Shown: positions 26,766 through 36,741 of the stretch, piece after piece
Position numbering within the stretch: the first letter of the stretch is position 1
Layout: each line of letters starts with the position of its first letter
NCBI GenBank assembly: GCA_035653255.1
Contig: DASRCF010000089.1
Location: forward strand, 1,814-65,813
From: Chloroflexota bacterium
Lineage (GTDB): Bacteria > Chloroflexota > UBA5177 > JAJPKF01
Direction of reading: 5' to 3'
Length of the DNA: 64,000 nt
Position numbers and translations under genes: made by a program
The notes under the pieces: generated by a model
Told to the model about the DNA's origin: nothing
Databases searched by the model: none
The model's input: the letters and a program-made list of their open reading frames with translations, nothing else

Positions 26766-28859
26766 TTAGGCGCCGACGGTGTCTCGCGGAATCGAGAGCG
26801 GCGCCGGGGCCGGGTACTCGATGCGCGGGTGATACATGCCGATCAAGGCGTCCACAAAGGATCGACGCACGGCGTCCAGATCCCGCAGGGTCAGCTGACA
26901 CTCGGCCAGCTGCCCTCCGGCGACGCGTTCGTCGATGATGCGGTTGACGATGTCTCGAATTGTCTCGGGAGTATGTATCACGCTGGCCCGCACCGCCGTC
27001 TCGCAGCCGTCGGCCAGCATGACCAGGCCGCACTCCTTGGTCTGAGGCTTCGGGCCGGGATAGGTGAAGAGGGCCGCGTCGACGTTCGGATCTTCTTGCA
27101 ATGCTCGATTGAGAAAGTAGGCCATGGTAGTGGTCCCGTGATGCTGCAGAATGGCGTCGCGAATTGATGCCGGGAGCCGGTGTTGACGGGCCAGATGTAC
27201 ACCATGGGTTACGTGCCCGCGTATGATCTCCGCGCTCTCCCGTGGCAGGAGATCGTCGTGAATATTTGCGGAACCCATCTGGTTCTCGATGAAGCACAGC
27301 GGATTGGCCATCTTCCCGATATCGTGGTAGAGCGCCATCACCCTGGCGAGAAGCGCGTTGGCGTCAATCTCTCTGGCCGCCGACTCGACCATCGATCCCA
27401 GGATCAGACTATGGTTGTAGGTACCGGGCGCCTCGGACATCAGCCGGCGCAGCAGCGGTTGGTCGGGATGTCCGAGCTCCAAGAGATGAAGGGTGGTGGT
27501 GACGCCAAAGGCATTGCCCAGCATGACGAAACCGGCGAATGCCAGGGCGCCGGAGAGAAGGCCGTTCAGTGCGGCAGCCGCAGCGTAGTTCCTGAGAGCT
27601 TGACCATCGTAACCGCCTGCCAGGAGCACGAATGCACCGAGGACGAGTGCGGCCGTGCCCCCAATGAAGGCTCCGGCCAGGATGAAATCATTCAGCTTGC
27701 GAAGGTGGCGGACGGCCAGTGCTCCGGCGACACCCGACAAGAGGTAGTAGCAGGTCAGCTCGAATGACCCGCCGATCACCCACCCGAGAATTAAGCCGAG
27801 CACCACGGCAAGACTGACGCCGGCCTCGGTCGGTAGAAGCAGCCCACAAAGCGCCGTTGCGCCCGCCACCGGAAAGAAATACGGCAGCAGAACATGCCCC
27901 GGGAGCGCGAACTTGCCCGCAACGGCCACCAGCAAGATCATGGCGTCCATGAGGAACATGAGCCGGACGTTCGCTGTGGCATCCGGGTTGAAGACGCGGA
28001 GATACCAGAGTAGCAGGACGACCACCACCCCGGTGAAGAGCACCGTACCGAGGCGCTGATTCCAGCTCGCGCCGACGCTCGGCAGTCCCACAGCCTGCAG
28101 CTCCTGCATGACCGCAGGCGTGACCTGCTGGCCGCGCCTCACCACGATCGTACCGGCGGGAACGGTTACCGTTATCGCTTTGACCCCGGCCGCTGCCTGC
28201 TGCTGTCGACGTCCCGTGGCGACGAGATTCGGAGTACGCGTGGGCACCAGGAATGACCGCACGAGAGTCGATACTGCCTGACGCGTCGACGGCCCCATCA
28301 GACGCGGCAAGCCGTTGAAGAGGAAGCGCTCGACGTTGAAAAGCTGGGAGGAGTCGAACGGCGGTAAGCTCAGACTCTCATCGAGGAGCCGGACGGTCCA
28401 ATGCTGGACGCGTCGCCAGTCAGAGGCCGGCAAAGTGGGGAAACGAGTCGCCGAGATGGATGCCGAGCGCAACAGCGCGGCGATAGCCACCTGCCTCTCA
28501 GCGCGGCTGTGGTGGGTATTCACCAACTCCCCATCAATATTCTGAAAGAGCAGGTCGGCCTGTTGGATGCTGTTCTCAGCTGCGGTCCTGTTGCTTTGGT
28601 AGACCGTGGGGACCGCCGCTTCGACCTGAGCCTTCAGCCGGTTCGTCGCCGCCACGTCGATATACGTCACGCGGCTTTGTGCCCTGACCGTGACCGGCGA
28701 CGGCCGGTCGAGGGCGGGCAGAGCGTTGGCCTGAAAGGGTGCGCTGACAAGCAGTGCCACTCCGCCGACGATGACCAGGCCGTGAAACACCAGCCACATC
28801 AGCTGACCGCGTTGTCCCCAGCGGCTATTCACCCGGCTGGTCCTCGTGCCCGGGCTCAC
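26766..28859 (-). CDS. 7TM receptor with intracellular HD hydrolase (PgpH/YqfF-like)
   Basis: A large extracytoplasmic N-domain and seven TM helices are followed by an HD domain '...LYHDIGKM...'. The gene is directly upstream of ybeY, matching the conserved synteny. Confidence 0.8.
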   Translation of the reverse strand: MSPGTRTSRVNSRWGQRGQLMWLVFHGLVIVGGVALLVSAPFQANALPALDRPSPVTVRAQSRVTYIDVAATNRLKAQVEAAVPTVYQSNRTAAENSIQQADLLFQNIDGELVNTHHSRAERQVAIAALLRSASISATRFPTLPASDWRRVQHWTVRLLDESLSLPPFDSSQLFNVERFLFNGLPRLMGPSTRQAVSTLVRSFLVPTRTPNLVATGRRQQQAAAGVKAITVTVPAGTIVVRRGQQVTPAVMQELQAVGLPSVGASWNQRLGTVLFTGVVVVLLLWYLRVFNPDATANVRLMFLMDAMILLVAVAGKFALPGHVLLPYFFPVAGATALCGLLLPTEAGVSLAVVLGLILGWVIGGSFELTCYYLLSGVAGALAVRHLRKLNDFILAGAFIGGTAALVLGAFVLLAGGYDGQALRNYAAAAALNGLLSGALAFAGFVMLGNAFGVTTTLHLLELGHPDQPLLRRLMSEAPGTYNHSLILGSMVESAAREIDANALLARVMALYHDIGKMANPLCFIENQMGSANIHDDLLPRESAEIIRGHVTHGVHLARQHRLPASIRDAILQHHGTTTMAYFLNRALQEDPNVDAALFTYPGPKPQTKECGLVMLADGCETAVRASVIHTPETIRDIVNRIIDERVAGGQLAECQLTLRDLDAVRRSFVDALIGMYHPRIEYPAPAPLSIPRDTVGA

Positions 28860-28974
28860 CTGACCGGCACATTGTGGAGCTGCTCCGTGCGCGCTCTCGG
28901 CTCGGGAATGGCCTCAAGCGAGAGCGATCCTCTACGTCGATCAACGGCATAACAAAGCCGAATGCGGACAGGAG

Positions 28975-29451
28975 CTACCTCCCTTCGGATAGAGCGGAAC
29001 GCGCCATTGCACTCACCGTGCCACCCTCCGCCCGGCCTCCCGTCTGCGCCATGACCTTCTTGATCAATGGACCAAGGGCAGCCCGCGGATTGTCGCGCTG
29101 CTCCGGTGTCAGCTCGGCGAGGGCCAAGTTGATCATTGTGCGGAGCTGGTCCTCGTCGAGCTCAGCAGGCAAATACCCGTTGAGCACGTCGAGTGCGGTC
29201 CGCTCTCTGGCGGCCAGGTCCTGACGTCCTCCGCGCTCGAACTCATCTCTCGATTCCCGCCGCACTTTGGCTTCTCTCCTGAGAACCGCCAGTGCCTCAT
29301 CCTCGGTTAGCGGCGCACGCTTTACGATCTCGGCATTTTGGATCGCTGCCTTGAGCATTCGCAGCGTGGAGACCGTATCGGAGTCACGCGCCTTGAGCGC
29401 AGCCTTGTAGTCTGCCTCAACACGGTCACGCATTCCGGTGTCGTCGGTCAT
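28975..29451 (-). CDS. yqeY: GatB/YqeY domain protein
   Basis: The N-terminus 'DYKAALKARD...TLRMLKAAIQNAEI' is YqeY-like, and the gene sits in the yqeY-7TMHD-ybeY synteny. Confidence 0.75.
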   Translation of the reverse strand: MTDDTGMRDRVEADYKAALKARDSDTVSTLRMLKAAIQNAEIVKRAPLTEDEALAVLRREAKVRRESRDEFERGGRQDLAARERTALDVLNGYLPAELDEDQLRTMINLALAELTPEQRDNPRAALGPLIKKVMAQTGGRAEGGTVSAMARSALSEGR

Positions 29452-29548
29452 GAGGAATCTCTGGAGCTCTGGGGACTCGTCGCCAGAGCCGCAATCACTT
29501 ATTGTAAATCCGCCATCGTCATCATTCCGTGTACGGGTAGATTTGGGT

Positions 29549-29779
29549 ATGCCTGAGGGCCTCGAGGAGCGTGTTCAGGTGGCGGTGGATCGGGCAGAGT
29601 GTATCGGCTCCGGACAGTGTGTCATCATCGCACCGCGGGCATTTCGGCTGGACGACGCCATGAAAGCCGAGATCGTCGACCCCGGCGGTGAGGAGCTGGA
29701 TGTCCTGTTGGAGGCTGCCTACGCCTGTCCAACTCAGGCAATCTATGTATCTCGGGCCGGGGCTTCGCTCTTTCCTTGA
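29549..29779 (+). CDS. ferredoxin (single [3Fe-4S]/[4Fe-4S], actinobacterial Fdx type)
   Basis: The cluster-binding motif is 'CIGSGQC...CP'. The start is uncertain. The ORF track opens the frame at 29438. Confidence 0.6.
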   Translation: MPEGLEERVQVAVDRAECIGSGQCVIIAPRAFRLDDAMKAEIVDPGGEELDVLLEAAYACPTQAIYVSRAGASLFP

Positions 29780-29870
29780 GGGTCCGTCCCTACAGCGACA
29801 ACACGGACATGGGGGGCAAAGGAGCCGGCATCAGAGCAAGCCGCTCGCCATCTTCGTCGAGACCCAAACG

Positions 29871-31169
29871 CTAGACCATGTCAGGCGCCTCCGGCTCCGC
29901 CTCAACGGCGACGGTGCCGGCAGGTGAGTTGCCTCCTGGCGCGTAACCATACTTCCTCACTGTGGGAGAGACCAGCGCCACGAGGCCGGTGATCAGGACC
30001 GTGGCGATACCGCCGGCCGCCACCGCTTCTCGGGTGCCGATTGCAGCCGCCAGCAACCCCGCCTCCACGTTCCCGAGCTGCGGTCCACCGGCCACAAACA
30101 TCGTGTTCACCGCCGTGACCCGGCCCCGGAGCCGGTCAGGCGTTGCCAGCTGAGAAATGGTGCCGCGCAGCGAGGCGCTCACGGCGTCGGCCGCACCCGA
30201 CAAGGCGAGAAAGCCGAGTCCAACATAGAACCAGGGTGCGAAGCCGAAGGCGGCGATGGCAAGACCGTACACGGCAACTGATGCCAGGACCACTGCGCCC
30301 TGGCGGCGTGCGCGACTGAAGGCCCCGAAAATCAGTGCGCCGGCGACCGCCCCTGCGGAGCCGGCGGCGTAGAGAAGTCCAAGGCCTTGAGGCCCGACAT
30401 GGTATATGGTGCGGGCGAACACCGGAAACAGCACCGCTGAGGCGGCGAAGAAGTTGGCCAGGAAATCGAGTCCCTGAACCGAAAGAATGATGCGGTTACG
30501 AAGAATGAACCTCCAGCCTTCCGTTAGGGCCGCAAGGTTTACCTGCCGGGTAGCGACATGCCCCACCCGCGTCCGCATCAGTAGGACGGCAGCCAGCACA
30601 AACCCATAGGAGACGGCGTCGAGGACATACACCGGCGTCACACCGGCCAGAGCAATGACCAGCCCTCCGATGGCCGGGCCCGTTACAGTCGCGAACTCGC
30701 GGATGGCAACATTTAGCGCCAAGGCGCTGGGGAGCGCCGGGCGAGAAACCAGGCTCGGAATCAACGCCGACCGTGACGGCTGATCCAGCCCCTGTGCAAT
30801 CGCGGCGAAACCGATGGTGAGGTATATTGCCGGGGCTGAGATCAGTCCGGCAAGCGTAAGCGCCGCGAGAAAAGCCGAGGTCGAAGCCAGGATGAGCTGA
30901 GTTGCGATGAGGGTTTTGCGACGGTCAAAAGCATCGGCGAGAACTCCCGATCCGAGGCTGGAGACGATCAGAGGTAAGCCTCGCGCGACGCCGATGAGGC
31001 CTAGAGCCAGCTTGGAATTCGTCAGCAGGTATATCTGCCAGGCCACCGCGACGACCTGCATTTGAGTACCAATGTTCGAGACCAGCTGACCGCCGGCGAG
31101 AAGGCGGAAGTCTGGGAATCTCAGCGCCTGGCCGACAAAGCGGCCGGAACCGCGGGACGACGATTGCAT
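29871..31169 (-). CDS. MFS transporter
   Basis: It has 12 predicted TM helices with an MFS_3-like N-terminus. Confidence 0.8.
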   Translation of the reverse strand: MQSSSRGSGRFVGQALRFPDFRLLAGGQLVSNIGTQMQVVAVAWQIYLLTNSKLALGLIGVARGLPLIVSSLGSGVLADAFDRRKTLIATQLILASTSAFLAALTLAGLISAPAIYLTIGFAAIAQGLDQPSRSALIPSLVSRPALPSALALNVAIREFATVTGPAIGGLVIALAGVTPVYVLDAVSYGFVLAAVLLMRTRVGHVATRQVNLAALTEGWRFILRNRIILSVQGLDFLANFFAASAVLFPVFARTIYHVGPQGLGLLYAAGSAGAVAGALIFGAFSRARRQGAVVLASVAVYGLAIAAFGFAPWFYVGLGFLALSGAADAVSASLRGTISQLATPDRLRGRVTAVNTMFVAGGPQLGNVEAGLLAAAIGTREAVAAGGIATVLITGLVALVSPTVRKYGYAPGGNSPAGTVAVEAEPEAPDMV

Positions 31170-31332
31170 ACTTCGCTTCCAGCGTATTCATCGAGGACTC
31201 TCGACTCATCGTCTCATCCGCATCCTGGTGTAGGGTGAAGTGGGCTAGGCAACGGCAGACGCCTTTGCCGGACGCCAAACGATTTCCCGCCTAAGCGGGT
31301 TCGGCGACTCATCCTTTGTTGATTCGTGGGGG

Positions 31333-32247
31333 ATGACTGTGACGACGATTACCCGCGACGAGAACACCTGGTTGGCGGAAGCCGACATCAAAGCCGTTAT
31401 CGCCGAGCTGGTGGGTACCTTCTTGTTCGTCTTCATCGGCGCCGGCGCAGTGGTGACCAGCAGCTTCATCCACGCGGCGGGAAATGGGCCTGGACTCCTG
31501 ATCGCCGCCTTCGCCAATGGCTTGGCGCTGGCGCTCGCCATCACCGCGGTGGGTCACGTGTCCGGCGGCCACCTCAACCCAGCCGTCACTATCGCGCTCT
31601 GGGTGAGTCAGCGTATCGCCTCGGTGCTCGCGGTTGCCTACATCGTAGCTCAGCTGGTGGGCGCAATTTTGGCTGGATTGGCTCTTCGGCTCATCTTCTC
31701 CAGCGCCATCTGGACTCCCGTGCACCTTGGTGCGCCGTCACTGGCGCCTCAGGTTTCATTCGGGACCGGTGTACTGATCGAAGCCATCATGACCTTCTTT
31801 CTGGTATTCGCCGTCTTCGGAACGGCCGTCGATCCACGGCACCCGCAGGTAGGCGGCTTCGGCATCGGCCTCGTTGTCTTTGTCGACGTTCTCGTCGCCG
31901 GACCGCTCACGGGCGCAGCCATGAACCCTGCAAGGGCTTTCGGGCCTTGGGTCGCCGGAGGATACTGGAGCTCAAATGACCTCGTCTACTGGATCGGTCC
32001 GATTCTGGGAGCGATCATCGCCAGCCTGATCTACGGCTACGTGCTCATGCCGCACGAGGACATCGATATCGGGTCGGCGCCTCAGGTGCCGGGGGATGAT
32101 ATCCTGCCCGTTCCGGCTCCCGAGACCAACCCCTACCTCGATGAGCTGGCCGAAGGCCAGCTGGAGGGTGGGGACACCGAGGTGATCGTCGAGGAATTCG
32201 ACGCCGCTGAAGGCCCGTCCGAACCTGGTCCACCGAGCACCGGCTGA
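31333..32247 (+). CDS. aquaporin/MIP family channel with an acidic ~65-aa C-terminal tail
   Basis: Two NPA boxes are present ('SGGHLNPAVT', 'GAAMNPARAFG'). The tail 'EGQLEGGDTEVIVEEFDAAEGPSEPG' follows TM6. Confidence 0.85.
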   Translation: MTVTTITRDENTWLAEADIKAVIAELVGTFLFVFIGAGAVVTSSFIHAAGNGPGLLIAAFANGLALALAITAVGHVSGGHLNPAVTIALWVSQRIASVLAVAYIVAQLVGAILAGLALRLIFSSAIWTPVHLGAPSLAPQVSFGTGVLIEAIMTFFLVFAVFGTAVDPRHPQVGGFGIGLVVFVDVLVAGPLTGAAMNPARAFGPWVAGGYWSSNDLVYWIGPILGAIIASLIYGYVLMPHEDIDIGSAPQVPGDDILPVPAPETNPYLDELAEGQLEGGDTEVIVEEFDAAEGPSEPGPPSTG

Positions 32248-32293
32248 GGCCGAGGGTTATCACTTTCGCCCTCAAGGCGAGTTGCGACCACCG

Positions 32294-33148
32294 CTATTGA
32301 CTGCGTTTCGCGGTGCTCCAGATCTTCATCAGCTCCGGCAAGCCGTTTACTGTTACGTTGGGGCGAATACGGCTGCTCGCGAGATCCTCTCTGGCCGTCA
32401 CTCCGGTGAGGACGAGGATCGACGTCATTTCCAGTCGTGCCGCGGCAGCGATATCGGTGTCGAGCCGGTCACCCAGCATGGCCGTGTTGTCGCGACTACC
32501 GCCGATCCGTTCCATGCCCAGCTCGAGCAGTAGCGGCTCAGGCTTTCCGATCACGAGGGGCTTCACCCCGGTAGTGGCAACGAGGGCCGCCTGAAGCGCA
32601 CCAGCTCCTGGAGCCTCGCCCTGCTCCACGGGAAGGCTGGCGTCGGCGTTGGTGGCGATGAATCTAGCGCCACGTTCCAGAGCGAAGGAGGCCATGCAGA
32701 GCTCTTCATAGGTGACGTGGCGGTCGAGTCCGGCAACCACCCAACTCACGCCCTCGGGATCGCGCACGACCTCCATCCCGGCGTTGGCAACCGCCTCTAC
32801 TAGGCCCTCCTCACCAATGACGAACGTCCGCTCGCCGCGCTCTGCATGGCGTTCCAGATACCGTCCCGTGGCCATTGCGCTCGTGAAGACGGCATCCAAG
32901 TCGACATGGATTCCCATGGCGGCCAGCAGGGCCGCGTTCTTCTCGGGGCTGGCCGTCGAGTTGTTGGTGATCAGCTGAAAGGCGATTCCATGATTCTGGA
33001 GCCAGGGTAGAAATCCACTTGCTCCGGGTAGAGCCGTGCCGCCCCGGAACAGGACTCCGTCCATATCGACGAGCAGATGGCTGACCCGGCCCAGCGTGGC
33101 GGCTGCCGTGTTCGAGCCGCGGTTGAAAGGCGTACCGAGAGACCTCAC
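32294..33148 (-). CDS. HAD-IIA family hydrolase (NagD-like sugar-phosphatase)
   Basis: It carries 'LLVDMDGVLF' (motif I), '...LITNNST...' and '...MLGDRLDTDI'. Confidence 0.75.
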   Translation of the reverse strand: MRSLGTPFNRGSNTAAATLGRVSHLLVDMDGVLFRGGTALPGASGFLPWLQNHGIAFQLITNNSTASPEKNAALLAAMGIHVDLDAVFTSAMATGRYLERHAERGERTFVIGEEGLVEAVANAGMEVVRDPEGVSWVVAGLDRHVTYEELCMASFALERGARFIATNADASLPVEQGEAPGAGALQAALVATTGVKPLVIGKPEPLLLELGMERIGGSRDNTAMLGDRLDTDIAAAARLEMTSILVLTGVTAREDLASSRIRPNVTVNGLPELMKIWSTAKRSQ

Positions 33149-33849
33149 GCGCCGGTGGCTGGAGTCGTCGGACTCGCCGGCGTATGCTCGTCATCGTCGG
33201 CATCGAGGAACTCCTCCAGAGGGATGCCGGCGATATCGCCGATCTTCGGCACCACCATGTCCGGTTTCGGGTTGGCTCGCAACCGAGCGTACTTACCCTG
33301 ACACACAAGGACGGCGATTACCCGTGGATAGCTGGTCTGGATATGGGCCAGGATGACGGCTTTGTCGTCGATGGCCACGTAGTGCCCGGCTGGGAATCGG
33401 TGGAATACCCGGGGGAGCTCGGTCTCCTTGTGAACCGTCAGCACCACGCGCCCGTGGACCCGCTCCCAGATACCGCTCCGCTCGATCTTCATCTTCTGGT
33501 ATACCGGATCTCCATCCGACACCACGATCGGAGTCCCGATTGAGGTCAGATGGTCGATCGCGGCCAGAGCCCCGGGATAGAGGTAGCCCGCGAACGGCAC
33601 GTCCATGACGAGGTCCCTCAAGCGTGCGTTCGACAGATCAGGGTGGTTTGTCTCGAATCGCGCGAGCGTGGCCGGATAGTCCACGACATCTTCGTCTTCT
33701 CGCACCGTTTCGTAGGTGCGCCAGAATTCCTCTGCCGCCTCCGCGCCCATCAAGACGTGGATCTGGCGATCGAGATCGGCCTTGAGCCGGTCGTTATCGA
33801 GCAGAGTGTTGTCGACGTCGAGCATGAAGACGGTCCGTGTCATACCCAT
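33145..33849 (-). CDS. HAD superfamily hydrolase
   Basis: Motif I 'MLDVDNTLLD' and 'VVSDGD' are present. It overlaps the downstream HAD gene by 4 nt. Confidence 0.65.
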   Translation of the reverse strand: MGMTRTVFMLDVDNTLLDNDRLKADLDRQIHVLMGAEAAEEFWRTYETVREDEDVVDYPATLARFETNHPDLSNARLRDLVMDVPFAGYLYPGALAAIDHLTSIGTPIVVSDGDPVYQKMKIERSGIWERVHGRVVLTVHKETELPRVFHRFPAGHYVAIDDKAVILAHIQTSYPRVIAVLVCQGKYARLRANPKPDMVVPKIGDIAGIPLEEFLDADDDEHTPASPTTPATGA

Positions 33850-33941
33850 TATTCGGGGAGGAGAGCCGGACCGGATAGAGGCGCCGATGGTGCCCGTGTC
33901 GGTGGTAGGGGAGAATTGAAAAAGGAGAGAGGAGACAGAAG

Positions 33942-34577
33942 ATGACCACCATCAGCGAATACGCCCAGGATCTCTACGGCACCACCGCGGACGAACTGCT
34001 GCGATCGCTTCCAGAGGAGGCGCAACGAGAGGGCTTGCCGGCCATTCATATTCCCGACGAGGTCGGCAGGCTGCTGCAGATTCTCATTCTCACGTCGGGA
34101 GTCAAGCGGATCCTCGAGCTGGGAACGCTTTTCGGCTACAGCTCCATCTGGATGGGACGGGTTCTGCCGGAGGACGGTCACATCGTGTCACTCGAGGCCG
34201 AGACGCGACACGTCGAAGTTTCGCGTCGGAACCATGCCCGCGCCGGCCTAGAGGGGAAGATCGAGGTGCGCACGGGAGCCGCACTCGACGTGCTGCCTCA
34301 ACTGGAGGGTCAAACCTTCGATCTCATCTTCATCGATGCCGATAAGGTCAACTACTCCAACTACCTCGATTGGTCGCTGAAACTCGCCCACAAGGGCACG
34401 CTCATCGTCGCCGACAACACCTGGCGGCATGGTGACGTTGCCGCGAGTGAGGCCGATGAGTCGGGCCGCGCCATGGCGGAGTTCAATCGCAAGCTGGCGG
34501 AGGATCGGCGACTGCTGTCTACGCTGATACCTACCCGTGACTGCGGCGACGCCGTTTCTGTGGCATACGTTCGCTAG
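33942..34577 (+). CDS. class I SAM-dependent O-methyltransferase (family 3, CCoAOMT-like)
   Basis: It has the SAM-binding motif 'ILELGTLFGYSSIW' and 'DLIFIDADKVNY'. Confidence 0.8.
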   Translation: MTTISEYAQDLYGTTADELLRSLPEEAQREGLPAIHIPDEVGRLLQILILTSGVKRILELGTLFGYSSIWMGRVLPEDGHIVSLEAETRHVEVSRRNHARAGLEGKIEVRTGAALDVLPQLEGQTFDLIFIDADKVNYSNYLDWSLKLAHKGTLIVADNTWRHGDVAASEADESGRAMAEFNRKLAEDRRLLSTLIPTRDCGDAVSVAYVR

Positions 34578-34606
34578 CGGAGTGCAGCTTCGAAAGGACT
34601 GCGCCG

Positions 34607-35218
34607 TTATGAGGCGCCGGCCGTCGCTTCCGGGGTTGGAGGAACATCTAGCGTCTTAGCCAGCTCGGGGAACTGCGCCTTCAAGGCGTTGATGATCTGC
34701 TCCAGCCGGGCGTCCTGAGCCGCCAAATGACTGTCCTGGACCAGCAGGTGGTCTTGGATCTGGTTGGCCTCGTGAAAGATCGCCTCGGCGTCGGCGTAGG
34801 TCTGCTCGGAGCGCTTATCGGACGCCTCACCCTGGATGTTCTGTCCGACGATGATCACCGGCAACAGGACCAGCTGGATGAAGGACTGGCTGATCCATGA
34901 AACGATGATGATCGGATTCTTTGTGGTGAATGAGGACGGCGCACTGACCAGAGAGATCAGGAGAAAGATGTACGCGCACCACATGGTCCCGACCACGCCG
35001 GTCACCAGAATCGCGATCTTCCCGTTGAGACCCACGTGCTCGTCTTTGACCTTCACCGGCTTCTCGTGGCGGTGGCGGAGGATATGGGGGTGAATCTCTC
35101 TGACGAAGTGGAACCGCTCGGAGAGGGACGTGCCGCTTGTCATCTCTTTTCTCCCTGGAAGGTTGCGTTCGACGGATGATAGCGCGTCCCTTTCCGTATC
35201 CGGGTACGGGGAACTCAT
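34607..35218 (-). CDS. DUF1003-like membrane protein (two TM helices plus a C-terminal coiled coil)
   Basis: A central pair of hydrophobic helices is followed by a polar helical tail. A likely alternative start is ATG 35143. Confidence 0.55.
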   Translation of the reverse strand: MSSPYPDTERDALSSVERNLPGRKEMTSGTSLSERFHFVREIHPHILRHRHEKPVKVKDEHVGLNGKIAILVTGVVGTMWCAYIFLLISLVSAPSSFTTKNPIIIVSWISQSFIQLVLLPVIIVGQNIQGEASDKRSEQTYADAEAIFHEANQIQDHLLVQDSHLAAQDARLEQIINALKAQFPELAKTLDVPPTPEATAGAS

Positions 35219-35379
35219 CGCAGCGGTAGAACCTGCGTTGTCCAGTGCGCGAGTTGTGCGGGTGAGGCCGGACTCCGATTCGAGGGAAGAGGGCCGAGCC
35301 CAGACATTGACGGCCGGCTCAACCTAGGGAAGATTCGGCGTCGGAGAGCCGGCTCTCCGACGCCGCTTCGTCACTCGCG

Positions 35380-35469
35380 TCAGCTGCTCTTGGTGGCGCA
35401 GCCGCAGCAGGTGCACGTGCCGTCATTCGGGCAAGTGCAGTCGCAGCACGTGCAGGCATTCTGTGCCAT
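35380..35469 (-). other. possible independently translated 29-aa metallothionein-like peptide (internal start inside the MerR frame)
   Basis: A perfect SD 'AAGGAGGT' sits 8 nt upstream of the in-frame ATG at 35469, inside the MerR coding sequence. Confidence 0.35.
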
Positions 35470-35898
35470 GAGCTCAACCTCCTTATGTGTCGGTAGCCAG
35501 CATTCACAGTCTCCGATTCGGCCGCAGCCCGGACCACCGGCGCTTCCGAGTCGAGCTTGAAGCGCTTCCAGCTCAACCCGCAGTGTCTCGAGCTCGTCGA
35601 TGCGGCGTTCTGTGTCGTGGAGTTTGTGTGCGATGGTATGACGCAGGCGCTGCCCGTCGGTGGCCGGGTCCGATGGCTCCTGCAGCAGCTGCTTGATCTC
35701 GCGAATCCCTAGACCCAGCGACTTCGCGCGCTGGATGAATCCAACCCGTCCCACGGCCGAACAGTCGTACAGCCTGTAGCCCGCGGCCGTGCGCCCCGAG
35801 GGAGCCAGAAGGCCCTCATCCTCGTAGTAGCGCAGGGCCGACCGGCTCACTCCGGTTTCCGCGCTGACATCCTTGATGGTCAGCTCGTCTGTTCTCAT
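35380..35898 (-). CDS. MerR-family metal-responsive regulator (CueR/ZntR-like) with a C-terminal metallothionein-like tail (11 Cys in 29 aa)
   Basis: It has the HTH 'LTIKDVSAETGVSRSALRYYEDEGLL', a dimerisation helix, a metal loop 'GCGRIGDCEC', then 'MAQNACTCCDCTCPNDGTCTCCGCATKSS'. The ORF track opens the frame at TTG 35973. Confidence 0.75.
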   Translation of the reverse strand: MRTDELTIKDVSAETGVSRSALRYYEDEGLLAPSGRTAAGYRLYDCSAVGRVGFIQRAKSLGLGIREIKQLLQEPSDPATDGQRLRHTIAHKLHDTERRIDELETLRVELEALQARLGSAGGPGCGRIGDCECWLPTHKEVELMAQNACTCCDCTCPNDGTCTCCGCATKSS

Positions 35899-36091
35899 AC
35901 TTCGACCGTATACCTTCAAGTGCGCTTGAAGGTCAAGTACCAGGTCTAGAGACTGGTAACGCCGGCTGCTCAATGCCCGCGCCGACGAGCTGGATCATCC
36001 GATAATCTGACAATGAGCTAATCGGCAACCGACTGACTGAAGCGGCCATGAACCGCGTACAAGTCCATTGCCAATAGTGCGGGGATAACCG

Positions 36092-36640
36092 ATGCCGGCA
36101 GGTCTGACCATCTTTGTGGCGACATATCTCGTGTTCATCGAGGCAGGGGTCGCCGTCTTAATTCTGGGCTGGCTTGCATACAACAAGCCGCGGGGCTGGC
36201 TTGTCCGCTGGGCCGTTGCCGCAATCTTGATCTTGGCGCTCAGCTACATCTTCGCCAAGATTGGAGGTGCGGTATACCGAGACCCAAGACCCTTTACCCA
36301 GGATCATGTCAAGCCGCTCATCTCGCACGCCCGCGACAACGGCTTCCCCTCCGACCACGCGTTGCTTGCGGCCGCTCTGGTGGCACTCCTCCTCTTTACC
36401 GGCGATTGGTGGTGGGCCGTGCCCTTAGCAGTTATGGCGGTGCTGGTCGATTGGGCCCGAGTCGGCAGCGGTCTTCACCATGTCGTCGATGTGGTCGGAA
36501 GCTCGCTGTTCGTGCTGGTCGCTATCCTCATCGCGGTGGCCGCCACACCATTCGTCGTCTCGCTGCTTTATCCGCATCTCCCCGCGGCGTTTCGGGAGGG
36601 CCTGAGCCCGCAAAGAGATACTTTGAAAAGTGGGACCTAG
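36092..36640 (+). CDS. PAP2-family membrane phosphatase (PgpB/undecaprenyl-diphosphatase-like)
   Basis: The motifs 'FPSDHA' and 'SGLHHVVDVVGS' are present (PAP2 boxes 2 and 3). Confidence 0.75.
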   Translation: MPAGLTIFVATYLVFIEAGVAVLILGWLAYNKPRGWLVRWAVAAILILALSYIFAKIGGAVYRDPRPFTQDHVKPLISHARDNGFPSDHALLAAALVALLLFTGDWWWAVPLAVMAVLVDWARVGSGLHHVVDVVGSSLFVLVAILIAVAATPFVVSLLYPHLPAAFREGLSPQRDTLKSGT

Positions 36641-36741
36641 ATGAGTGGTTGAGCCGGGACTCGGCGAGGGCGTACTGCCACGCGACACGGTGAGCCGGCA
36701 GTAGGGTTCGGCTGGCGGGGATCCGTGGACGGAGGATAAGA

